From assembly GCF_964204645.1 (NCBI RefSeq), contig NC_134029.1, forward strand, positions 18,036,950 through 18,100,949: DNA of 64,000 bases, written 5' to 3'. The position numbers and the translations under genes were made by a program. The number at the start of each line of letters is the position of its first letter. Position 1 is the stretch's first letter. Below the pieces are notes generated by a model. It saw only the letters and a program-made list of their open reading frames with translations. It was not told the origin of the DNA and did not search any database. Positions 30,201-42,200 of the stretch are shown piece by piece. Origin of the DNA: Tubulanus polymorphus. Lineage: Eukaryota; Animalia; Nemertea.

Positions 30201-33200
30201 CCACAGACAATTCAACAGTGAGGGCTTACCTTCAGAACCAAGGGGGCACTCAAACAGAAACCCTCACAGGTGTGTCGGCCAAAATTCTTCTTTGGTGCCA
30301 GACAAAGGGCGTGTCCCTGACTGTGGCACATTTAGCAGGGAAAAGGAACGTGATGGCCGATGCTCTGTCTCGTCGAGGTCAGGCTATTGCGACAGAATGG
30401 GTTCTCCACCAAGAAGTAGCCGATCGGGTTCGGGGCATTTTTGGCAATCCGCTGCTGGATCTGTTTGCCACCCGGTTCAATCGGAGGTGTCCTCTGTTTG
30501 TGTCCCCGTTTTCCAGACGCGGAAGCGTGGGGGGTCGATGCCTTCTCTCTGGACTGGTCGGGGATGCATACATATGCGTTCCCGCCCACACCAGTCCTGC
30601 CGCGCTTACTGGATCAAATAGAGAGATCAGTCAATTGCAACATAGTTCTGGTAGCACCATGTTGGCCGGCTCAGAAATGGTTCCTACCATTTCTCAACCT
30701 ACTGTGCGACAACCCCAGGATTCTTCCGAATTTCTCATCGCTTCTGTCTCAGGGGAACTTTCGGCATCATCCAAACAGCCAGTGGTTAAATCTGCTCGCC
30801 TGGCCATTGTCCAGTGATCCTTGTCAGCTTCAGGCTTTTCAGAACAGGCTGCCTCCTTTATCGCAGGATCTAAGCGGCCATCAACAAGTACCATTTACAA
30901 TGCCAAATGGAGTCATTTTGTGGATTGGTGTGCTGCAGGGGAAATTGATCCATGCTCACCCTCTGTAGCTCAATTGGCAGATTTTTTACTGCACCTATTT
31001 GTAGTAAAAGGTTTGCAGGTCATAACTATTAAAGGTTACCACTCCGCGATTTCTCATACATTGCGTGCTTCTGGATGGCCAAATGTAGCAGGGGATCATC
31101 GGATATCCCAGCTGGTTGCAGGGTTTTCTATTTCCCGGCCTCGGGTAACAAGGACAGTTCCACCATGGGATCTGTCTGTAATTTTGAAGAAGTTAATGGA
31201 GGCTCCATTTGAACCTCTTTCGGCAGCGTCATTTGCAAATTTGTCAAAAAAGACTGTATTTTTGCTGTTCTTGGCTTGCTTGGCCCGTCGCTCTGAGATT
31301 CATGTGCTTTCAGTCCGACAAGGTCATATTGTCTTTGGGCCAGCGAATGACTTTGTTTCGCTGCGGCCTGCTTTGGAATTTTTGGCAAAGAACCAACGAC
31401 CAGGCTCGGTTGGGCGTCAATGGCGAATTGAAGCCCTAAAACATCGAGTGGAACCGGGCATCCCGGACAGGACTTTATGTCCTGTGCAGGCGTTGTGTTT
31501 CTATTTAGATCGCTCTGCTTCACGGAGGGGTTCACGGGAGCGGTTATTTATTCCGCTGCTGGATCACCTAAAGGGGGATATTTCGCGGGACACAGTGGCC
31601 CGATGGGTCTCTTCACTGATCAAGGACATTTTATTGAAGGAGAATCTTTCCTCGGAGGGAGTGGTTTCTCATCAAGTGAGGTCTATGGCTACTTCCTGCG
31701 CAGCCTTTTCGGGTGCTCCGTTGGAGGAAGTCTGTCGGGCCGCCTTTTGGAATTCACCGTCGACATTCACGTCATTTTATTTACGGGATGTTTCAGGCCA
31801 GTTAGGCTCATTAGCTTCACTTGGTCCTGTTGTCATGGCTCAAGGTGTCCGTTCTTTCCGATCGAACCCTTTAGTGTAGAATATTTATGTTGCATTATCA
31901 GGATCACAGGGGGTGTATCCTTGTACATAGTTTGGGCTCATATCTGCAAGTATTAATTTCGCAAAATTCTGGGGGGGGCCCTGAGCTGGACGGACTCACT
32001 GTGGCCAACCGGTCTTCCCTGTGCTACAGTGCTCCATTCCGTGCTTGGGTAAGTGCTCTCTTTTTCCCTCTTACCTTGCGTTTGAGCGGTGGTTTTTCTA
32101 TCTACCTTTCCCACCATTCTTGTGCTAGGCTAGTCTAGCAAAAACCATAGGAAAGGGTACAGTACTCGACGGAAATATTACAATTTTTGGAACTAAAATT
32201 TGTATTTCCGAGTAGTACTTACCCTTTCCTATGGTGGGAATCCCGCCCACCTGCCCCGCATAGCTGTTTTTTTTTTGGTCTGCTATGACGTAAAAAGATG
32301 GCGGATTTCGCCGGTGGCTAAATGCAATACCGCAGGGCCGGGTCGTATAGAAAAACCATTGGCGATAAATCCAAATTTAGAAAATATTGGCAAAAACCAT
32401 AGGAAAGGGTAAGTACTACTCGGAAATACAAATTTTAGTTCCAAAAATTGTAATTTTACATATTTACTCGATCTATTTTTATGGTGTATCAACGAAAATG
32501 TTGAAAAAGCTATCAAAGCTATTTTATCCTTTCATACCTCAGCTCTCTGGACGATATATATACCCCAGACCCCAGCTCCCAGTAAAAAATCAGCTCATTT
32601 TAAACCCTATGAAAATATACACTCGAAGTGATGCATTTCATCCTGTCAATTTCCGCTTCTGTTTTCTCAAATATTTCTCTTCTTTCTACAAATTTAAAAG
32701 ATTAAAAACAAAATTAATTTATTAATTCAAAAATAAGAACACACTTATTGGACTCTCTTGAAACCATTTTTACGTGTGAAATTGCTCAGTCAGTTATGAT
32801 CATTTTATCTATCATCCATGTAGAAGTGCGGTTATTCTACTACTAAGGTGTCCTCTACTTTGCATTAATTACAGGTGCTGGTTGCGTTAGCGTGTGATCT
32901 AGGCTTGGATATGTTAGCTACATGTATGGAAGCGCATAAGTGGTCATGGTTCCGTCGTTATTGTATGGCGGCACGGGTATTCCATAGTTTAGAGTATCGC
33001 ACCCCGTTGCCACTCGCGTTCAGTGAGGAGGTAATGAAGAAAGTCATGGAAATCTCGTCGGAGGGTGAAACGAACACTCGCGATCACCTAAATCATACCT
33101 TGTTTACTAAGGAACAAGATGAACAATTGCTTCAGTGGTTAGCCAGGTAAATTGTATAAGTTTTCTCGTAGCTTTTCTTATCCTAACAGAAGATCTGTAA

Positions 33201-36200
33201 GTTGTTACAAATTTAGTCAAACTCCTTTAAATGTGGACCTCAAATTAGTTCTATATTCCAACATTAATGGGATTTGTAAAGGTTGTTGTGAAACAGCAGA
33301 TCCTTGTTATAACAAACTCAGATATAAGAACCTTAGAATTTTGCTGCAGTATGACGATTTGATTTGTTTCATACTGGATACAACGAACTATCCGTTTAAA
33401 GGCGCAGATTTTCTGGTCCCCAGAAGTTCATCATAACGAGGTTCCACTGTTTGGTGTTGTTAATGAAAATTTTTTGTGAAAATTGTTGATAGAAAGAGTA
33501 AACCTTCTAATTCAAGTTTGTTCTTTTGTATGGACAATTAAGAATGTCATCAGAAGTCAAAAGATTAACCCTGTTAACCATAATGTGATAACCATATCCT
33601 GTGAAAAAGGGGGAAATTTCATTTGTTGGATCACTGTCATGGGATCCAAAATGATTTAGACTCGTAATTTAATGCATAATTATCACATCATGATCACTGA
33701 ATTATCATAATTTTTATAGGCAACCGGATGATTGGACGTTATCTTGGGGCGGAAGCGGCCAGATCTGGGGTTGGGGACACAATCATCGTGGTCAACTTGG
33801 AGGTGTAGAAGGTGCTAAAGTAAAACTACCGGTCAGTTGTGAAGCGTTAGCGACATTAAGACCAGTTCAACTAGCAGGTGGAGAACAAACTCTTTTTGCT
33901 GTCACAGGAGATGGAAAGGTTCGTGTTTGCCGATGAGACATTGGTTCCACTGGTATGCTTAGAATATGGTTAACTTCTTGGGCTGGTTTTCTATACCAGG
34001 TAGTGACTGGTTTCTTGATTCATAATGTCATCTGAAAATAATTAGCATGACAAATTGATTCATGGCAGAATTAGGTGGTGTTCTAGCCCAGTGGAAGAAA
34101 TACCGGTATCTGCAGTCTTTGAGAATTGCTATAACTCCCCCAGGTCTCTCAACTACCATAAACAGTGATCTTTGTAAAACTGAATAGAAGCCCTATGTGG
34201 ATCAGTATTTGGTGATCTTTATCTTTTTGATAAAGTTAAAACCGATATCGTTTGTTCATGTCATTTGTTCTAGTCAATTTCGAGACTAGGTTTTATCTGA
34301 TCCAGTGAGTTTGATTTTATCTGTTATATGGAATACAGCTAACAATGTGATCGGTGCCATGAGTGGGACATCTCGCTAGATTGAACGCCACCTAGGTTAT
34401 TTTTAGAAAATGGAATTGTTTGCAATGTAAATTTATTGGTGTTTTAGGTAAATGCGACTGGTTATGGAGCCGGTGGTCGCCTAGGTATCGGAGGGACTGA
34501 TTCCGTATCTACTCCGACATTGCTCGAATCTATACAGCATGTATTCATAAAGAAAGTAGCTGTGAATTCAGGCGGCAAACATTGTCTAGCTCTCTCAGCT
34601 GAGGGTGAGGTTTACAGCTGGGGTGAAGCAGAGGATGGAAAACTGGGCCACGGCAGTCGAAGGTATGTAATGCTTAGATGAATGATTAAATTCTACCTTC
34701 TATGTTAATCATTCAAAACATTAAATAACTAGTAAAAACTAACTAATTTGTGTTAAACTTATTAAGGAAACCAAACCCTAGGGGGTTAGCTACCTAGGCA
34801 TGTCATATATTAAACCGCAAGAACTTTTTGAAATCAGTAACTTTTTATGGTTGCCCGTATTTGTATTTCAATGAATTAATGTCAACTCCGCATAGGTCAA
34901 TGTCGGGTAAGCTGAAAAACCATAAAACTCAATCTTCGATCCGAATTTTCGTAAATTTCAACAACTCGAATAGTGTTGGGTACCTAAACTTAGTTTTTCA
35001 TCAAAAACTCTTTGGTCAAGTCACTATTGCTTATTTTCTGTTTCCAAATAAGTGTAACAATCAAAACTAAATCGTTTTTTTGGCTTAATCTTTTTCATGA
35101 AAACTGAATCCTTTAATAAAACCTGGTAAGCCTAGGTCTGCACTGGCTAGCAGCACGCAGCATTTGATCATGATTATTATTGCAATTATTTTGTAGCCCG
35201 TGTGATCGACCGCGCGTAATCGATACGTTAAGAGGTAAAGATGTGATGGATATAGCAGCAGGTGGAGCACATAGCGCCGCCATAACTGCTAGTGGTGAGC
35301 TATACACCTGGGGTAAAGGACGATATGGCCGTCTTGGACATGGTGATAGCGAAGATCAAACTAAACCAAAATTAGTAAGTTTCGCTCATTTTCTGATGAT
35401 ACAGTACCGAAAATGGGGAGTTGACCTGATGTTCCGCGAGCAACAGGAAGCGAAGAACAGGCACTGTGATTCCGATTTAAATGTTTGTCCTCATCTGGGT
35501 TTCTGGAGTCTTATTTCACCTAAACATCTAATTGATTTGTGTTTGAGGTTTAGTTAAAACCACATAACTTATAGAAATAACTTTTATATCATAAACAATG
35601 GGTTTCGTTTATCAACATTGAAAAACAGAATATATCAGTCTACCAGTATGTCAGACAATTTCCCTTGCTTTCCGCAGGTTTTCTGAAATTGTCGTTTTGA
35701 ATGTACATCATCTTTGACAGTGCTTTGCTGCTTAAAATTGGCCTATCTGGCTCTTTTTGGAGTGCACTGGATATTCCGAAGTCCAGTCTACTCAGTCTGG
35801 AACTGCCATTGATCTTTGATGAAATTGAACGATTTTATGATGAATTATAGGTAGAAGCTTTGAAAGGATACAGAGTAATAGATGTAGCTTGTGGAAGTGG
35901 TGACGCGCAGACCTTGTGTTTAACAGATGACGATACAGTTTGGTCATGGGGTGATGGTGACTATGGAAAACTCGGTAAATTCACCTAGAATTTTAACGAT
36001 TAAGTCTACCTGGCCCATTAAAGATCTAAAATCATTTACATTCTACTTGGGAGAGATAATTCTTTGGTGATAATTCGTTGAAGACCAATTCATCTACAAG
36101 ACATTCAAATGATGGGAAAAACTAACTAAGAAAACTAACTTATTGCAAATCATAAGATCAAAACTTAAGACAGAAATATTGATAAAAACATTTTTTCTTT

Positions 36201-39200
36201 ACTTGAAAGATTCTGATGGATACGTTTTGGATGATATTTTGAAAAAATCAAATATGATTTTGATGGATTTCCAGGCAGCGGATCCATACATCTACTTCAA
36301 GTTACAAAAAAGTCACATTTGGTGGTTATTCTATATCCAATTACGACCTATGTGCACAATACATGTGACGTCTGCGTGTTGACACATACTGACGACTAGG
36401 AATATCCATCATAGAAACTTTGTTTTTGATTTTAATAACAGCCCATTTTGTAATACATTTCTAAATCTTCAGTGCAGCTTCGTTTCTCTTACAGTATTAG
36501 ATTGAGTTTATTGCATTTGTCTTGAATATTTGCTGAATATCGAATTTCATATTTTGCTTGTTTGAAATAGGTCGGGGTGGCAGTGACGGGTGTAAGGTTC
36601 CGATGAAAATAGACTCGTTACAAGGACAGGGAGTCTGTAAAGTAGAATGCGGATCTCAGTTCTCGGTGGCTCTCACTAAAGCAGGAATTGTTTACACGTG
36701 GTAAGTAATAGCCTAATATCTATTTCATTTCATATGCCCAGAAGTTGGATGCAATAAAATGGATGTATTTTGAATAAGTGTAAAACTGGCCAGAACAAAT
36801 GGAAATTTGAGCTAGATAATTGATATTTAATCAGCTTTATACGGTATCGACAGGCTTGTCAATAAGCTATTTTTTAAAATTTCTCAAGTTGAAATACTTA
36901 CTGTACAGGCTTACTACGGTATACCTAAATATGAACGATATAAACTGTCCCCCATAGGAAAATTATTCCAATGTAAAATTAATTAGGCTTAGTGTCTGCT
37001 ACAAAAATATCTTTTTTTGAAGTCTGCTTAATCTTGAAAAATTGCTCATACCTGTTAGTAAACGTGTATAAATTTAGCTATCAAAAATCAAAATTTATAA
37101 ACATATATTATGAATATGAATCTCTATGGTCTCAAACAAATAAATGAATAAATGATTAAATACGTTAATATGCCTACTAACTGAAATTATTCATAAAACA
37201 TCATAATCACTGTGTACTGTATAATTAAGCTTGTGTACCTATTGATGTCTTATCTATATATTTGTCATTGATATTTCAGGGGTAAAGGTGATTATCATCG
37301 TTTAGGTCATGGAACTGATGATCATGTCCGTCGTCCTCGTCGAGTCACGGCACTGGTTGGTAAAAAAGTCATATCAATAGCGTGCGGATCATTACATTGT
37401 GTCGCTTGTACTGATCAAGGTTAGTAGTTCACCTGTTCAGATGGATACGTCATTTTCGATAAATACAGCAGTCTACGAAGAAATTGATAGAAATGACCAG
37501 CCAAACACCGCTGCGCGTATCATTGCAGGGTTCACGGTGGCAGGATGAGTTTCTTAGTTGATAGTTTCTTCTAAGAAGAAAAAAGGAAACTCTGCCATAG
37601 ATTGTGTTCACTAGGTTGAGGGGATTATTTAAATGAGAAAGAGCCATTGAAAAAGAGACTTTGAACTTGCGAATCTTGATTAAAAAATCCAGTAGTGAGA
37701 CATACTGAAAAGCTGCAACCACTTGTCCACTGTTGGCATAGCATTGTTTATTCATGTGTAATATATTGTATCATGTCACTTGATAACTATAGGATTTATT
37801 CAGAGAATATATTATGCACATTTTACCTTGTCCAAGTAATAGGTATATATTAGCTACCTGTTATAAGTAAATGTCTGTTTTGTATGTAAAGGTGAAGTTT
37901 TCACTTGGGGAGATAATGATGAAGGGCAGCTAGGAGATGGTACCACTAACGCTATACAAAGACCAAGACTTGTAGCTGCTTTACAAGGTAAATGAAATTT
38001 ATTCAATATCTCTACATTGTGGTTTGATCACTATAATTTTTTCAGAGGTTTAAGCAATTTAAGCTTACATGAAAATTACAAACTTATTTTCAAGTTTAAT
38101 CTGTGGTATTTCGATTTCAGGCAAAAAGATAAATCGTGTGGCTTGCGGTTCGGCGCACAGTTTAGCTTGGTCGACCAATAAACCAGTGAATGCTGGTAAA
38201 CTTCCCACATCTATACCTATGGAGTATAATCACCTGCAAAACATTGCTATTCCGATGTTACGCAATCGCCTCGTGTTGTTGCATCATTTCTCCGATCTAT
38301 TTTGTCCGTCAATACCGATGTTTGATCTCAGCGAGGAACCAGTCCATTCGAGCGGCAGCAGTATACACGGTCGTAGCGTCGGTCCCGATTCACTTCGAGG
38401 TTTACTCGTGTCTTCAGCTAAAGTGAGTTTCTTGAAATTGAAAATGTTCGTTGACCTCGGAAATACGTATGCCCGGCACTGAAAAATAGAGATGATTGGT
38501 GAAACAATACCTTTATTTATTTCTAGGAAGCTGCATTCCGTAAAGTAGTACAAGCTACAATGGTTCGCGATCGTCAACACGGTCCCGTTATTGAGCTCAA
38601 TCGAATTCAGGTAATTGTCCTGTCATACTGCGTCTGCTACTGTTCATAGTATTTACTACTATGAGCTATCTCATAATTGGTGCTTGATGTTTTCATGGAC
38701 ATATAATACAGTGGAACCTCGTTTTAACAACCTCGGATATAACGATTTATTGGTTATTGTGGTCCACTTTGTTATCCTGTTCAAATGACGTCATATTGTC
38801 TCCTAGGTCAGTCAAATTCTTACCGTTCAGTTTTCTCCGTAACAACATAATGTCTACACTTCTCGCAGTATACAACTTATTTGTACTATTGAATGTTAGA
38901 TCAAGTTGATTGCGCTGTCCAATATTTCCGTCATTTGATGTAAAAAATTGACAGAGATTATGGCTTTGGCTAGACTATGGCACATATTGACGACACTGTG
39001 CAACATGGGCATATATTCATGATACAAATCGTGCATTCAAGCGCGCCGAATTTTGAGAAAGGGCCTCGTTAAAATTTACATCAGGTTTTTCTCGAAAATC
39101 TGAACGCAAAGCTGTCGGGTTTAAAAAGTCAATCAGAAAGCATTGTCTCCTCTATGATTGGCTTAGCCGCATAAGTCATCAGGTGTTCACGTGATTCCGC

Positions 39201-42200
39201 GGTATCGAGGACTGTTTTATTTGCGGGTTTAATTTTAAGATTCAAAATTGTATTTCAAGACCAATTCCTGTGATACACCATTAGTCAATTTGGTTTTTGA
39301 GAGGAAGTTTAATTTGCACTTCTGAATACTTGACAATTGTTTGGGGAAAATAGCTTTTGCTCAAATCAGATAAATGACCTTGATATGCAAATTAGCCATG
39401 TGCACAAATTGCAAATTCAATAAAATTGTATTCCGCAAAGATATCAAATCCAAGTCAATTTTACTTCATTGAGCAAAAAATTCAAATTCATCGAATTCCA
39501 TTCAATTTTATTCTACATTCAAATGTATTCACTAGAAGATCGGTAAAGATTGATCTGAGGTATTCGTTTGTGCCAGCCCCATGCAGTGTCTCTGTTAGTA
39601 CTGTTACTTATATAACACAGCCAGTCTAATGAAAACTTTGTCATTCAAACCTACCAGGGCAGGAAAACCGACCACACGTTTGAGGTTTTCTAGTAACAAG
39701 CCTAGAATTTCATCCCAGATTTTATACTGGATATAACGAACTATCGGTTAAAACTAAACGATTTTGCCGGTGAAGTTTGTTGCAATGAGGTTCCACTGTA
39801 GAGCTCTATGCATTGTATACCCGCTAATACTATCTGGATCAACTGCCATTATCACCACTATGAGATATCTAATCCTAGCCATCTCTTCTAATAAGCTGCA
39901 TGATACATTTCCAATCTGGAAGCATTTGAAATGACATGGTTTCATTTTCCACTTCATTCTTTTGAATTCACTGCCAATCACAACTGTTCAATTCGTTGTA
40001 TTACCATGGGAAGGAGAATTCTGATAGCGAATGTATTAGGCATCGCCATACATATTTTGATTTCCTCTAAAAAACTGTTTGATGACCATTTTCTTATCAC
40101 TATTAGGTAAAAAGATCTCGTAGTAAAGGAGGATTCGCCGGTCCGGATGGCACTAAATCGGTTTTTGGTCAGATTTGTTCGAAGATGTCTGTATTCGGTA
40201 GTGACAGTCTCATGTTACCTCACAGAGTTTGGAAAGTGAAATTTGTAGGTAAGGAATCTTCGGCCGTGACTCCAATTAAAGCTATTGTTGAATTGTCGTT
40301 TCTAGTGTCTGAGATTGTGGTATAATAATGTATGTTCTGTTTTTAGGCGAAAGTGTGGATGATTGCGGTGGAGGTTACAGTGAATCTATTGCTGAGATGT
40401 GCGATGAACTGCAGAACGGGTCGACACCTTTACTGATAGTCACGCCAAATGGACGCGATGAATCTGGTGCCAACAGAGACTGCTTCCTTCTAAATCCGAA
40501 CCTTAAGCAATCCATTCACAAAAACATGTTTCCATATCTTGGTAAGATTCTGATGAGACCTGTCATTCGCTAATTATTATCAAATTGAATTGCATTTAAC
40601 AGCTAAGCCCTAGAAGCCATAAAAACGTCTGGTTAAAAAATCGAAAGTATTCATCTTGGAATCTTTAAAAGTGATCATAATAATGCATTAATTTGATTTG
40701 TGTAGGTGTATTACTGGGTATCGCTATTAGAACAGGCAGCCCGTTGAGTCTTAATCTTGCTGAACCTGTTTGGAAAATGTTAGCTGGAATGCCAATGTCG
40801 GTCAGCGATCTTACTGAAGTTGATAAGGATTATGTACCAGGTAAATTTTAATCATTTTTTATAATCAAAAGAACTGAGCTAAGTTTCACGATTAAGCAAT
40901 TATTAAACATAGGTGTTCTGACTGACCTCGTAACTTGCGTGTATAATCCACAATCAATAGGTGATGAGTTCAGGCCTCTGTTTTGTTTAAAACGGTTGAT
41001 ATTACCCAGTAACCGAATAACTATAGTAGCGATAACAGTGAAAACCTCATTTTCTAAAAAGTAATAACAGTATATTGACAATCTGTAGTTTTATTCATTT
41101 GATTCACTTTTATTTCAACTGATGACAGGATATGATCCCGAAAACGTTTGTGTCAATAAACTGTTATTACTCCTTACAAAATGTGGTTTTTATTGTTATC
41201 GCTTCTATGTATATTAGGATACTTGATTTTTCAGTCTAAGAAATATCCAGTAACTAGATTCTGATGCATCAACTTTATTGTAATGAAAACATTGAGTACC
41301 GAACTGGTATAATAGATTTCAATTTTTTTTAAAGTATTTCACTTATTACGGGAACAGTCAATTTACTGACTTAAATCAGTTCTGAGTTGAGTGCTTTAAA
41401 GTGTTATATATTTTTTTATGTATCGTATAGGTTTAATGTGTATAAAGGATATGGATGATGAAGCTTTGCGCAGTGCTGATATGCCGTTCAGTACTCCTAG
41501 TTCCGCCGCTACTGAAGTTCAGTTGTCTTCTAAATATACAAGGATCACTCCGGAGAATAGACATGAGTACGTCAGACTGGCTTTAAACTACAGGTATGTA
41601 ATTAGAACATTAGACAAAGTGCCCATTAATAATTAAGAAATATAGAAAGAATTTGGCCATCTTTCAATTACGTATCACGAGCAGGTTGGATAATTTTTCA
41701 CTTCTGGGGGAGAGGATGCAAGATTTACAACTACTAAATAAAACTCTGTTAAAGCCTCCTCCAATTTGCTTCGGATTCGGCTTCTAGGGCCACAGTTGCT
41801 CCCATGTCAAGTGTAACAATAAGAACTGCATTGTTACAGTAGTAGTAATACACGTACATGCATTTCAGTGAGTTCAGTAGCCCAGTAACTGAAATTCCAT
41901 AGTATTCATACAATTAATATATCCAGTATCTTTTTTCAGTAACAACCCCCAGTCTTAGCATGACCATTTGATTTCATTTGTAGATTACAAGAATTTGATG
42001 ATCAAGTGAGATGGGTGAGAGAGGGTATGGCTAAAGTAGTTCCGGTACCTTTACTCTCACTGTTTACTGGATATGAACTAGAAACAATGGTAGATATCAT
42101 CAAAATTCAGTGCCAAGTAATCATAAGTAATTGATATCTCATTCGATGGTTGATGTCGCAATTTTAGGTGTGTGGTAGTCCAGATATCCCGTTGAACTTG

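Larger units (their letters stand above)
26609..32454 (+). mobile_element. DIRS1-type tyrosine-recombinase retrotransposon, full structure, mutated
   Basis: Left ITR 26609-26746, right ITR plus extension 32292-32454, ICR 32138-32235; gag, RT/RH, MT and YR ORFs in the canonical order. Confidence 0.95.

Noticed and set aside
28939-30621. 560-aa ORF overlapping the DIRS RT
   Set aside because: Ser/Gly-rich alternative frame without recognisable motifs; long overlapping frames are usual in DIRS elements, so it is not called as a separate gene.
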